Made by a program: the position numbers and the translations under genes. From the NCBI GenBank assembly GCA_038060895.1, contig JBBTCT010000009.1, forward strand, positions 368,082 to 432,081: DNA of 64,000 nt, in the 5' to 3' direction. The notes under the pieces are model-generated. The model was not told where the DNA came from, made no database searches, and worked only from the letters and a program-made list of their open reading frames with translations. Below are positions 11,384 through 20,844 of this stretch, one piece after another. This stretch comes from Planctomycetota bacterium (GTDB lineage: Bacteria; Planctomycetota; MHYJ01; WSZJ01). Numbering within the stretch: position 1 is the first letter of the stretch; every line of letters starts with the position of its first letter.

Positions 11384-11448
11384 CACGGTGCGCGGACGAG
11401 CCGGGAGCAGCGTGATATGATGCGCGCCCTTCGTCGGAGAAGCCGCGA

Positions 11449-13869
11449 ATGATGCGCCGGGTTGCCCTGCTTTCCCTCCTGGTTCTTGCCGGGTGCGGGA
11501 AGGAACCGCCGGCGCCCGTGATTGGCAAACAGGCGGGTAGTGGAACCGGCGCGAACTTCCCGGTCGAGCCCGCCCCGGTGCCGGTCCCTGCGGGACCGAT
11601 TGATGAGGCTGCACGGCTGCAGTCGCTCGCCAGGGATTGCGAAAAGCAGTTCGAATCCGCGGACCCTCTGGTGCGCGCGAATGCCGTCCGTGTCATCGAG
11701 GCCTGTGGCGAGGACGGCGTCGCACTGCTTCGCACGGGACTCATGGACCGCGACCCGCTCGTCAGGGTTGAGGCGGCTTCGGTTTGGACCCGGGTTGCCA
11801 GGGACGCGACGGAGGCGATTTCCGTCCTCATCGAGGAAATCTCGTCGCCGGGCGGGGGACTCGATCTCCGGATTACTGCCATCCGTGCGATCGCCGACCT
11901 TGGCCCGCGCGCTCACGCCGCAGTTCCCGCGCTCGTTGGTGCGCTCTGCCTCGCTTCCGGCGAGAACACCGAGGCGATGGATGCGCTCGCTGCCATCGGG
12001 GACCCCGCCCTCCTTCCCGTGATCGAGGCTGCCCGTCGTTCACCGGATTCTTCCGCTCGGGCCCGCGCCCTGCGGCTTCTTTCGAGGATGGCCCCTTTCA
12101 ACGGGGACGCCGTCGAAGTCATGCGCGAAGCGCTGATGAGCCCGGACCCCGTCTTGCGCGCCGGCGGCGCGGCCGCCCTCGGCCCGGCGGCCGCGGACCA
12201 CGACAGCATCGTCGATGCGCTCGCGCCCTTCCTCTCCGACCCCGACGGGATCGTCCGGGCCGCGGCCGGAGGCGCAATGCGACAGGCCGGTCGCCGTTCA
12301 CTTCGCGCAGGCGAAGCGCTCGTCCGGGCTCTTCGCGACGACCTCGCCGGCCAGCCGGTCGCCACCTTGCTCTGCGAACTCGGGCCCGAGGCCGCGCCGC
12401 TTCTCGACCCCATCCGTGCTCTGCTGACGGACCGCGATCCGTCCGTCGCTGCCCGCGCGGCGCTGGCGCTGAGTGCGATGGGCGCCGCGGCCACCGCGGC
12501 GATTCCAGACCTGATGTGCGCCTGGGAGGCGTCGATGAAGTCCGGAAGCGGGTCAGCGTCGCGCGCTTCCCTGACGGGCGCGATCGCCCGGATGGGGGAC
12601 CTGGCCGTCGTGCCGGTCCTTGACCTGCTGAAGGGTAGTCCCTCGCGCGAGACAAAGAGCGGCTGCCTGGAATTGCTGGCGGAGCTTTCCATGCGAAGCG
12701 CGGATGCGGTCGGGGCCCTGGCGGACTGCCTGCACGATGACCTGCTTCGCGACGAAGTCGTCCTGCTGCTCGCTCGCCTGGGTCCGTTCGCGTGGCGCTC
12801 GGCCGCGGACCTGATTCAGGCGGAGCGCCTGGCGAAGTCTGACTCGAGCCGCGAACAGATCTTCAGGGCGATCGGCGCCATCGGCGTCCGGGACGTCGCG
12901 AATGTCCACGCGGTAAGGGAAATGATGCCACGGGCCGGCAACCGCGCGACGGACCTGATCGAGAGCCTTGTGACCGCCGGGCCGGACGGCGTCCTCAGCC
13001 TTCGCCGACTGCTGCTATTCGAGCCAGGCGCGCCGGACCGGCGCCGCCTGGCTGTCGAAGTGCTCAGTGCGATGCCCGGGGGTGTTGACGGGGAGGTGTC
13101 GGTCCTGACCGATCTGCTCTCGCACGCGGATTCCGAAACCCGCCGCGCCGCGGCACGGGCCTTGTTCACGGTTCGCCATCTTCCGCCGGCGACGATACAG
13201 GCGCTGGGGAATCTGCTGACCGACGCGAGCCCCCGGGTTCGCAGGGCCGCGGTCGTCGCGCTCGCCCGCAGCGGGCAATCGGCCGCGCCCGTCGCCGCCC
13301 GCCTGCGCGCCTGCGAAAGCGACACGGAGTCCGAAGTTCGTTGCCTCTCCCTCCTCGCCCTCGCCACATCCGGCTCCGAGCCCGGGGCGAAGGACATGAT
13401 TCTGGACACGCTTCTCAACGACACGCGAGCCTCCTCGCGCGCTTCCGCGGCCCGGGCCCTCGCACGCCTGGCTTCACCCGGGAAGGACGTTGTCGCTGCG
13501 CTCGCCACGGCGCTCAAGGACAGGGAAAGCGAAGTTGTCACGGAAGCCCTGCTCGCCCTCGCGATCCTGCGCGCGGACGAGAAAATCTCCGATCGCGAAC
13601 TCAAGAGGCGCGATGCGAATACCACGGCGGATTTTGGCGCCGCGGTGGTCTGGGCCTGCCGCAACAGGAACGCCGGCCGCGCCGTGAGGATCCTCATTGA
13701 CTCCCTCCGCGCCGGGCTTCCAGACAGCCAGGAGGAAATCGCCACGTCTCTCCTTGTCCAGCTCGGTCCCGGCGATCCGGAGGCCCGCCGGGAACTGCTC
13801 GCGCTCTGTGCGGGCGACTGGCCCGGGCGACACTCCTTCAGGCTGGCGCTCGCTTCGAGGACAAGGTGA
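11449..13869 (+). CDS. HEAT-repeat lipoprotein
   Basis: Lipobox LAGC and many L.D.D..VR..AA.AL repeats. Confidence 0.85.
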   Translation: MMRRVALLSLLVLAGCGKEPPAPVIGKQAGSGTGANFPVEPAPVPVPAGPIDEAARLQSLARDCEKQFESADPLVRANAVRVIEACGEDGVALLRTGLMDRDPLVRVEAASVWTRVARDATEAISVLIEEISSPGGGLDLRITAIRAIADLGPRAHAAVPALVGALCLASGENTEAMDALAAIGDPALLPVIEAARRSPDSSARARALRLLSRMAPFNGDAVEVMREALMSPDPVLRAGGAAALGPAAADHDSIVDALAPFLSDPDGIVRAAAGGAMRQAGRRSLRAGEALVRALRDDLAGQPVATLLCELGPEAAPLLDPIRALLTDRDPSVAARAALALSAMGAAATAAIPDLMCAWEASMKSGSGSASRASLTGAIARMGDLAVVPVLDLLKGSPSRETKSGCLELLAELSMRSADAVGALADCLHDDLLRDEVVLLLARLGPFAWRSAADLIQAERLAKSDSSREQIFRAIGAIGVRDVANVHAVREMMPRAGNRATDLIESLVTAGPDGVLSLRRLLLFEPGAPDRRRLAVEVLSAMPGGVDGEVSVLTDLLSHADSETRRAAARALFTVRHLPPATIQALGNLLTDASPRVRRAAVVALARSGQSAAPVAARLRACESDTESEVRCLSLLALATSGSEPGAKDMILDTLLNDTRASSRASAARALARLASPGKDVVAALATALKDRESEVVTEALLALAILRADEKISDRELKRRDANTTADFGAAVVWACRNRNAGRAVRILIDSLRAGLPDSQEEIATSLLVQLGPGDPEARRELLALCAGDWPGRHSFRLALASRTR

Positions 13870-13873
13870 CCCG

Positions 13874-15460
13874 ATGAGCTCTTCACGAAAAAAGGACCGC
13901 GAGCGCGTCGTGACGACGAGCGGCATTCCCGTCGAGCTCGTCGCCGGTCCTCCTGCCGCGCCGCTTTCCCTGCCCCGGCCCGGCGAGTTCCCCTTTACGC
14001 GCGGCATTCATCCGGAAATGTTCCGTTCGCGGCTCTGGACGATGCGGCAGTACAGCGGGTTCGGCACCGCCGCGCAGACCAACCGGCGCTTCCGCTATCT
14101 CCTCGATCGCGGGCAGACGGGGTTGTCGTGTGCGTTCGACCTGCCGACGCAGATGGGCCTGGATCCGGACGACGCGATGGCGGAAGGAGAAGTAGGAAAG
14201 GTTGGAGTTTCGATTGGATCGATCGAGGACATGAGGGATCTGCTGGAAGGAATTCCGCTCGAGCAGGTGACCCTGTCCATGACGATCAACGCCACGGCGG
14301 CGGTGCTCCTGGCGCTGGTCGTCGCGGTCGCGGAAGAGAAGGGAGTGCCCGCGGAGAAGCTGGGCGGGACGGTGCAGAACGACGTCCTCAAGGAATACAT
14401 CGCGCGCGGGACGTACATCTACCCTCCCGCGGCGAGCCTGCGGCTCACGACGGACATCATCGAGCACTGCGTGAAGGCGATGCCGAAATGGAACCCCATT
14501 TCGATCTCGGGGTACCACATCCGGGAAGCGGGATCGACGGCGGCGCAGGAAATCGGATTCACGCTGGCGAACGGCGCTGCGTACTTGACACACTGCGTCA
14601 AACGCGGGCTCGACCCCGACGCCGTCGGCCGCCAGGTTTCATTTTTCTTCAACGCGCACAACAACTTCCTGGAGGAAATCGCCAAGTACCGCGCCGCGAG
14701 ACGGATCTGGGCCGGGATGATGAAGGACCGTTTCCATTCGACGGACCCCCGCGCGCAGACGCTCCGGTTTCACGCCCAGACCGCGGGGTCAACCCTCGCC
14801 GCACGGGAACCCGAGAACAACGTCACGCGAGTCGCCCTCCAGGCCATGGCTGCAGTCCTCGGGGGATGCCAGTCGCTTCATACGAATTCCCGCGATGAGG
14901 CCCTCTCCCTGCCGACCGAGGACTCGGTCCGGATCGCGCTTCGAACTCAGCAGATCCTCGCGCTTGAGACCGGAGTTCCCGCAGTGGCCGACCCGCTCGG
15001 GGGATCGTGGTTCCTGGAGCGGATGACGGATGATCTCGAGAAGCTGGCGCGGGAGTACATCGACCGGATTGACGGGATGGGGGGGGCCGTGGCGGCGATC
15101 CAGGCCGGGTACGTGCAGAGGGAAATCGAGAGGGCGGCCTACGACGCCCAGAAGGCGCAGGATTCCGGTGAAGCGATCGTGGTGGGGGTCAATGCCTACG
15201 CGGACGAGGGGGCACCCGACATTCCGACGCTCAGGATCGACGGGAAGGATCGGGCGCGGGCGGCGAAGAAACTGGCCGCCCTCAGGAAGAATCGAGGGGC
15301 TGGCCGGGTGAAGGAATCGCTGGAGCGGCTGCGCGACGCGGCGCGTTCCGAGACGAACCTTTTTCACCTGATTCTCGATGCGGTGAAGGCGAGGGCGACG
15401 CTCGGTGAAATCTGCGGCGCGATGAAACAGGAATTCGGAAAGTACTCCCCGCCGAAGTAG
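13874..15460 (+). CDS. Methylmalonyl-CoA mutase, substrate-binding (large) subunit lacking the B12-binding domain
   Basis: [52 protein letters not shown]. No DxHxxG cobalamin motif. Confidence 0.92.
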   Translation: MSSSRKKDRERVVTTSGIPVELVAGPPAAPLSLPRPGEFPFTRGIHPEMFRSRLWTMRQYSGFGTAAQTNRRFRYLLDRGQTGLSCAFDLPTQMGLDPDDAMAEGEVGKVGVSIGSIEDMRDLLEGIPLEQVTLSMTINATAAVLLALVVAVAEEKGVPAEKLGGTVQNDVLKEYIARGTYIYPPAASLRLTTDIIEHCVKAMPKWNPISISGYHIREAGSTAAQEIGFTLANGAAYLTHCVKRGLDPDAVGRQVSFFFNAHNNFLEEIAKYRAARRIWAGMMKDRFHSTDPRAQTLRFHAQTAGSTLAAREPENNVTRVALQAMAAVLGGCQSLHTNSRDEALSLPTEDSVRIALRTQQILALETGVPAVADPLGGSWFLERMTDDLEKLAREYIDRIDGMGGAVAAIQAGYVQREIERAAYDAQKAQDSGEAIVVGVNAYADEGAPDIPTLRIDGKDRARAAKKLAALRKNRGAGRVKESLERLRDAARSETNLFHLILDAVKARATLGEICGAMKQEFGKYSPPK

Positions 15461-15464
15461 TGCT

Positions 15465-16742
15465 TTACGCCGCCAGCACGAGGAACAGGGCGCCGACGGT
15501 TGCGGCGCAGGTGATGCCGAGGCCGACCGCCACGATCCGCCGGGCCTCCGTGCTCGCAAGGACGAGCGCGATGCCCAGCTTGACGAGGGTGTTCGCGCAC
15601 CCGGCGAGGACCACGGCGGCGGCGCCCTGCTGATAGGGGATGGAGCCGGATTTTGTCATGTCGGCCATGGCGAGAGTGATGGCATCCATGTCATTCAGGC
15701 CGGAGAGGAACGCGGACACGTAGGTCCATTGCGAGCCCCAGTCTTTCGCAAGGCGAAAGACGATCGTCACCACGGCGTACGCCAGTGCAAACGTAATCGC
15801 CGGCCTGAGTTCCACGGGATTCCGGTAGTGCACGACCCCCGTGTTCCCGGTGTGGGGAGCGGCATCCGCGCGACGGTAGGCGAAAGCCGCCATGAGAGCC
15901 GAGACTCCCAGGATGCCAACTCCGGCGGGAGCCAGGGTCCCGGCAAATCTCGGGTTCACGAACAGGGCCTCCGCCATGACGCGGATCCAGAGAACCGCGC
16001 AGGCCGCCAGGATCGCGAGCGCGCAGGACGCCGACAGTTCCGGTGTCTCGCGGCTCTTGCGGCTGAATGTCAAGGCGACCGCGGTGCTCGAGACGAGCCC
16101 GCCGACCAGCCCGGCAAGGCCCGTACCGGCTCGCGGGCCGACAAGGCGCGTCAGGATGTACCCGGCGAACCCGATTCCGGAAATCAACACCACCATCAGC
16201 CACGTCTTGTGGAAATTTACCGCCCACCAGCCGTTGCCGACAAGGCGGTCCGGAATCAACGGAAGCACCACGATCGAGATCACCCCGAACTTCAGCGCCG
16301 CCGCAAGATCCCTCTCCGGGAGGCGCTGGGCGAACTGGCGAAGCTGTTCGCGGCCGGCGAGAAGCGTCGTCATCAGCAGGGCGATGCTCGCGCACTCGAG
16401 CACCATGCCGCGCGCACACCCCGCGCCCAGCAGGTACGTCAGAACGAACGCCGCTTCCGTCGTCACTCCCGGGTGGCCCTCCCTCCCGGACCGCATATGG
16501 GCCGCGACGGCAAGCGCCGCCACGGAGAGGAGCCCCGCGACAAGGACGGCGTCGCCCTGGAGCAAAGCGCAGAGAAACCCGGCCAGGCTCGCAAGGGGGA
16601 AGGTGCGAATGCCCGCGAAAGGCACATGTCGTTCCTCGTGCGCCGACCGCTCCCGCTCCAGGCCGACCGACAGCCCGAGGAGCAGCGCCGCACCGCCGTC
16701 GATGAAAAACTTCGCTGAAGGAGTGTCGATCACCGGGTTCAT
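15465..16742 (-). CDS. MgtC/SapB family membrane protein with DUF4010
   Basis: GLSVGLERE, AGIRTFPL, GVTTE, GGLVSSTAV, NPVELRPAITF, SGLNDMDAI. Confidence 0.88.
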   Translation of the reverse strand: MNPVIDTPSAKFFIDGGAALLLGLSVGLERERSAHEERHVPFAGIRTFPLASLAGFLCALLQGDAVLVAGLLSVAALAVAAHMRSGREGHPGVTTEAAFVLTYLLGAGCARGMVLECASIALLMTTLLAGREQLRQFAQRLPERDLAAALKFGVISIVVLPLIPDRLVGNGWWAVNFHKTWLMVVLISGIGFAGYILTRLVGPRAGTGLAGLVGGLVSSTAVALTFSRKSRETPELSASCALAILAACAVLWIRVMAEALFVNPRFAGTLAPAGVGILGVSALMAAFAYRRADAAPHTGNTGVVHYRNPVELRPAITFALAYAVVTIVFRLAKDWGSQWTYVSAFLSGLNDMDAITLAMADMTKSGSIPYQQGAAAVVLAGCANTLVKLGIALVLASTEARRIVAVGLGITCAATVGALFLVLAA

Positions 16743-16784
16743 CCTCACCCAAACTCGCGGCGTGCGCAAGGCGGAGCGGACGCC

Positions 16785-16790
16785 TATACT
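16785..16790 (+). promoter_or_regulatory. Putative -10 element (TATACT) of a leaderless mce transcript
   Basis: TATACT lies 6 nt upstream of ATG 16797, with no Shine-Dalgarno in between. Confidence 0.55.
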
Positions 16791-16796
16791 TGACCC

Positions 16797-17204
16797 ATGG
16801 CGCGAACCTCTCTCAATCACGTCGGAATTGCCGTCCGCAAGATCGAGGACGCTCTTCCCCTGTACCGCCTCCTTGCGCCCGACTCCGAAGTGGAATACGA
16901 AGACGTCCCGGAAATGAAGGTTCGCGTGGCGAAGATCCACCTCGCCAACACCTGCCTCGAGCTGATCGAGCCGCTGCCTGGCGAGACGTCCATCACGAGG
17001 TTTCTCGAGAAGCGCGGCGAGGGGATACACCACGTCTGCCTCCAGGTCCAGGACGTTGAGGAGTCGACCAGGGTCTTGCAGTCCAACGGCTGCGACCCGG
17101 TCTACCCGGCTTCCCGTCCCGGCTCCGGCGGAATGAGAGTCAATTTCCTCAATCCGAAAAGTACGCGAGGGGTGCTCTTCGAGCTGAACAGCCCTGTCGA
17201 ATGA
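16797..17204 (+). CDS. mce: Methylmalonyl-CoA epimerase (VOC family)
   Basis: NHVGIAV, LELIEP, FLEKRGEGIHHVC, NFLNPKSTRGVLFEL; adjacent to the mutase. Confidence 0.92.
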   Translation: MARTSLNHVGIAVRKIEDALPLYRLLAPDSEVEYEDVPEMKVRVAKIHLANTCLELIEPLPGETSITRFLEKRGEGIHHVCLQVQDVEESTRVLQSNGCDPVYPASRPGSGGMRVNFLNPKSTRGVLFELNSPVE

Positions 17205-17299
17205 TGCCTGCTGCGGGTTAGGTTTTCGTTGCCGTTGATTCGCTCCTACGTATAATTCGCGCCTTCAACCCTGACCCCAATTGTCGACGGAGGGAAAGC

Positions 17300-17545
17300 A
17301 TGCCGTCCCCGCAGGAAATACAGGACAAGGTCATCGAGATCGTCTGCAAGCAGCTCGGCGTCGGCAAAGAGAAAGTCAACCCCCAGACCTCGTTCGTCAA
17401 CGACCTGGGCGCCGACTCGCTCGACACCGTCGAACTCGTCATGGAAATCGAGGATGCCTTTGACCTCTCGATCCCGGACGAGGAGGCCGAGAAGATCCAG
17501 ACCGTCGGCGATGCGATCAATTACATTCAGAAGAACGTGAAGTAA
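17300..17545 (+). CDS. acpP: Acyl carrier protein
   Basis: [14 protein letters not shown] phosphopantetheine site; TATAAT at about 17251 and GGAGG RBS upstream. Confidence 0.97.
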   Translation: MPSPQEIQDKVIEIVCKQLGVGKEKVNPQTSFVNDLGADSLDTVELVMEIEDAFDLSIPDEEAEKIQTVGDAINYIQKNVK

Positions 17546-18790
17546 ATGTCCCGTCACCGCGTCGCGATTACCGGCATCGGCCTCATTACTCCGCTCGGTT
17601 GCGACCGGGAGGAAGTCTGGAAGGCCCTGCTTGCCGGGAAGAGCGGCGTTCGGCCGATCAAGTCGTTCGACACGGCCGGGTTCGATACGAAGATCGGCGC
17701 CGAGTGCATCGACTTCGAACCCTCGCGCTGGATCGACGAGCGAGAGTCGAAGCGTGTGGACAGATTCTCGCAGTTCGGGATCGCTGCCGGCTCGCTGGCG
17801 ATCCAGGATTCGGAACTGAACCTCGAGAAAATCGACCGTACGCGCGCCGGCAGCATCGTCGGCTCCGGCATCGGCGGCCTGCGCGAACTCGAGGAGCAGC
17901 ACAGAAGGCTCTTCGACAAAGGCCCAGGGCGGGTGAGCGCATTCTTCATCCCGAAGCTCATGACCAATGCCGTCCCGGGACAGCTCGCCATTCGCTTCGG
18001 CCTCCGCGGCCCGAATTGGGCCGTCGCGAGCGCCTGCTCGAGCGCGAACCACGCAATGGGCAGCGCGTTCAGGGCGATCCAGTATGGGGAAGCGGACCTC
18101 ATGCTGACGGGCGGGTGCGAGGCGGCCCTGACGCCGAGCGGCCTGGCGGGATTCATGGCGCTCAAGGCGCTCTCAACCAGGAACGAGGCACCCGAGAAGG
18201 CGAGCCGTCCGTTTGACAAGGACCGCGATGGTTTTGTGCTGGGCGAAGGGGCGGGAATCCTGGTGTTCGAGCGGCTTGACCATGCCGTGAAGCGTGGAGG
18301 GAAGATCTACGCGGAGGTGCTCGGCTTCGGTGCAAGCGACGATGCGTATCACATCACGGCCCCGGAACCCGACGGCCAGGGTGCGAGCGCCTGCATGCAG
18401 CTCGCGTTGAAAGATGCGAATGTCCGGCCGGAAGAAATCACCTACATCAACGCGCACGGAACTTCGACCCAGCTGAACGACGCAATCGAGACCAAGGGGA
18501 TCAAGCTGGCGTTCGGGGCCCACGCTTCGAAGCTTCCGATCTCGAGCACGAAATCGATGGTCGGGCATCTGCTCGGTGCGGCAGGCGGCGTGGAACTCGC
18601 CGTGACGGCGATGAGCATCCAGCGCGACATGGCGCATCCGACCATCAACCAGGAATCGAAGGACCCGGAATGCGACCTGGATTACATCCCGAACGTTTCC
18701 CGCAGGTTCGAACAGAAGTACGCTCTTTCGAACTCGTTCGGGTTCGGCGGGCATAATTCCGCGATGCTGGTAGGTAAGTTCAAGAACTAG
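17546..18790 (+). CDS. fabF: Beta-ketoacyl-ACP synthase II
   Basis: SACSS (Cys), NAHGTST, KSMVGHLLGAAG, NSFGFGGHN. Confidence 0.96.
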   Translation: MSRHRVAITGIGLITPLGCDREEVWKALLAGKSGVRPIKSFDTAGFDTKIGAECIDFEPSRWIDERESKRVDRFSQFGIAAGSLAIQDSELNLEKIDRTRAGSIVGSGIGGLRELEEQHRRLFDKGPGRVSAFFIPKLMTNAVPGQLAIRFGLRGPNWAVASACSSANHAMGSAFRAIQYGEADLMLTGGCEAALTPSGLAGFMALKALSTRNEAPEKASRPFDKDRDGFVLGEGAGILVFERLDHAVKRGGKIYAEVLGFGASDDAYHITAPEPDGQGASACMQLALKDANVRPEEITYINAHGTSTQLNDAIETKGIKLAFGAHASKLPISSTKSMVGHLLGAAGGVELAVTAMSIQRDMAHPTINQESKDPECDLDYIPNVSRRFEQKYALSNSFGFGGHNSAMLVGKFKN

Positions 18791-18808
18791 CCACGCGCGG
18801 AGGGGCCC

Positions 18809-19531
18809 ATGAAGCGGCGGCCCGGGCCATTCAGGTTTGTCATCGCGATCGTCGCTTTCTACGCCTTCGTCTACGGGCTGGCTCTTTCGCCGCCGGCCCC
18901 GGGCACGCGGCCGCGCCTCCGGAACGCTCCCGTAGTGAACGGCGCGACGGATTCCCTGCCTGACCCGGATCCGGAATCGCTGCCGGCGGAGCCTCCGCCA
19001 GGGATTGCCTGGTCGCTGATCCCGCCGCTTCCCGCTTCCCTTGTTCCGGTCGCCGGCCAGGTCCTGCGGCCGGAGACTCGCGAATGGCAGTTCATCGTCG
19101 TGCATCACAGCGGCGGGACCAGCGGCAATGCGGCTGAATTCGACAAGATGCACCGTGAGGTCAACGGATGGGAGCACGGGCTCGGGTATCACTTCGTCGT
19201 CGGAAACGGGACGGGTTCCGTTGCCGGCGGGATTGAAGTCGGCGGGCGATGGATCTCGCAGTTGCACGGCGCGCACGCAGGGGCAAAGGCGACCGGATAC
19301 AACCAGCACGGGATCGGGATCTGCGTGGTCGGAAACTACGAGGAGGGGGAATTCCCCGAGGCGATCTACGCCGGCCTGCGGGATCTCTCGGTGTGGCTTG
19401 CGAGACGCTACGCCATTTCTCCCGACCGGATCCTTCCTCACCGCGAGGTGCGCGGGGAACCGACGGACTGCCCGGGAAAGAACTTCCCGCTCGATCGTTT
19501 GCGCGCCGATGTCGGCGAGGCGCTGAAGTAG
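18809..19531 (+). CDS. Membrane-anchored N-acetylmuramoyl-L-alanine amidase (Amidase_2/PGRP-like)
   Basis: N-terminal TM helix, Pro-rich linker, IVVHHS, GYHFVV, GAHAG, GIGICVVGN, PHREV, TDCPG (Zn ligands). Confidence 0.88.
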   Translation: MKRRPGPFRFVIAIVAFYAFVYGLALSPPAPGTRPRLRNAPVVNGATDSLPDPDPESLPAEPPPGIAWSLIPPLPASLVPVAGQVLRPETREWQFIVVHHSGGTSGNAAEFDKMHREVNGWEHGLGYHFVVGNGTGSVAGGIEVGGRWISQLHGAHAGAKATGYNQHGIGICVVGNYEEGEFPEAIYAGLRDLSVWLARRYAISPDRILPHREVRGEPTDCPGKNFPLDRLRADVGEALK

Positions 19532-19578
19532 GGTCCCGGGCGTCTTTTTTTCGCAGAAATAAAAATGAAGTGGCGCGA

Positions 19579-19608
19579 TTGCAGCCGTCGCACGCACTTC
19601 CGTAAGAT
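19579..19608 (+). promoter_or_regulatory. Putative sigma70 promoter upstream of the dnaA-like gene
   Basis: TTGCAG-N18-TAAGAT preceded by an AT-rich tract (about 19545-19567). Confidence 0.4.
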
Positions 19609-19707
19609 CTTCGCGGGAACGAGAGAGGCGAATCCGAGGGCGCGCGACGGGCCGGCACTCATCATCCATCCCCGCGCCCTGCCTTCGCAATTGGACGAGA
19701 GGGAGAG

Positions 19708-20772
19708 ATGACACCTGTGACGGCCCTCGGTGAGCCGAGGGCAAGGGGAGGCCCGCCGTTCGCGAAGCCTGCGGCGGCGGTCGGGTCGGCAGGCGCGAAG
19801 CTCTCCACGACCGTCACGGGGGCGTGGAACCGCCTGGCGCACGAGGCCTCGAGGCGATTCGTGGAGTCCCGGGGTGCGTGGTCACGAGTCCTTCTCATTT
19901 CCGGTGGCGAGGGAAACGGGAAGTCTCACCTTCTGGCGGCGATCGAGGCCGGGCTGCGTGATGGTCCCGGCCGTCGGCCGGCCGTCGTGCGAGTCACTTG
20001 CGACGATTTCATGCGCCAATTCACCTACGCCTCAACCCAGGGGAGAATGGCCGCCTTCCGGCAGAAGTACCGCTCGACGGAAGTGCTTCTGCTCGACGAC
20101 GTGGACCGGTTGACGGGCCGCCCCGCGACGCAGGAGGAATTTCTTCACGTCTTCGACCACCTCGATTCCGCAGGCCGGAGCATCGTCGTTTCGACGCGCG
20201 TAAAGCCGCGAGACATCGCGGGGCTGCGTGGCCCACTTCTCTCTCGCCTCTCTGCGGCGATGCAGGTCCGGCTGGAACCTCCCGACGAGCCAGGCCGGCG
20301 CTCGCTCCTCCAGCTTGCCGCGCTGAGAGATCGCCGCACGCTGCCGTCCGATGTGCTGGCAGCGGCCGCTTCCATGCCAGGAAACGTGCGCGACGTTCTC
20401 GGCCGCTGGGCCCGGCTTTGCGACCTCGCGACCATTTCCGTCTCGGCGGCCTACGCCGCCGGCGGGCCGGCGAAGTCCGCCGGGCCCACGCTGGACGGCA
20501 TTCTCGAAGCGGTGGCCCGGCAATTCGGGCTGCGCACCGCAGAGATCACGGGGAGCGGCCGGGCAAGGCGGCTCACGGCGCCGAGACACGTCTGCTTCTT
20601 CCTTGCGAAGCAACTGACCTCTCACTCGCTGCAGGAAATCGCGAAGCATTTTGGCGGCAAGAACCACGCGACGGTTCTGTATGCGTGCAAGAAGCTGGCC
20701 CAGGGCTTGCCGGGCGATCCTGAGCTGCGGAAGCGTGTCGACGCCTGCAGGGACCGCGTCCAGGTGATCTGA
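19708..20772 (+). CDS. dnaA: DnaA-like protein (AAA+ domain III and DNA-binding domain IV only)
   Basis: Walker A GGEGNGKSHLL, Walker B LLLDDVD, QEEFLHVFD, LSRL, GNVRD, and SLQEIAKHFGGKNHATVLYAC HTH. No domain I/II. Confidence 0.85.
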   Translation: MTPVTALGEPRARGGPPFAKPAAAVGSAGAKLSTTVTGAWNRLAHEASRRFVESRGAWSRVLLISGGEGNGKSHLLAAIEAGLRDGPGRRPAVVRVTCDDFMRQFTYASTQGRMAAFRQKYRSTEVLLLDDVDRLTGRPATQEEFLHVFDHLDSAGRSIVVSTRVKPRDIAGLRGPLLSRLSAAMQVRLEPPDEPGRRSLLQLAALRDRRTLPSDVLAAAASMPGNVRDVLGRWARLCDLATISVSAAYAAGGPAKSAGPTLDGILEAVARQFGLRTAEITGSGRARRLTAPRHVCFFLAKQLTSHSLQEIAKHFGGKNHATVLYACKKLAQGLPGDPELRKRVDACRDRVQVI

Positions 20773-20844
20773 CGCCGGAGAGTCACAGCAGGCCGCGAGA
20801 GCGCGGAGTGCCAGGCATCAGCGTTTGATCGAGGAGAAGCGCGC

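Noticed and set aside
18809-19531. Peptidoglycan amidase (with dapL) in a probable planctomycete as a novelty
   Set aside because: Peptidoglycan in Planctomycetes is already established.
19532-19707. Possible oriC upstream of the dnaA-like gene
   Set aside because: Only a short AT tract; no DnaA-box cluster seen and no dnaN/gyrB context.
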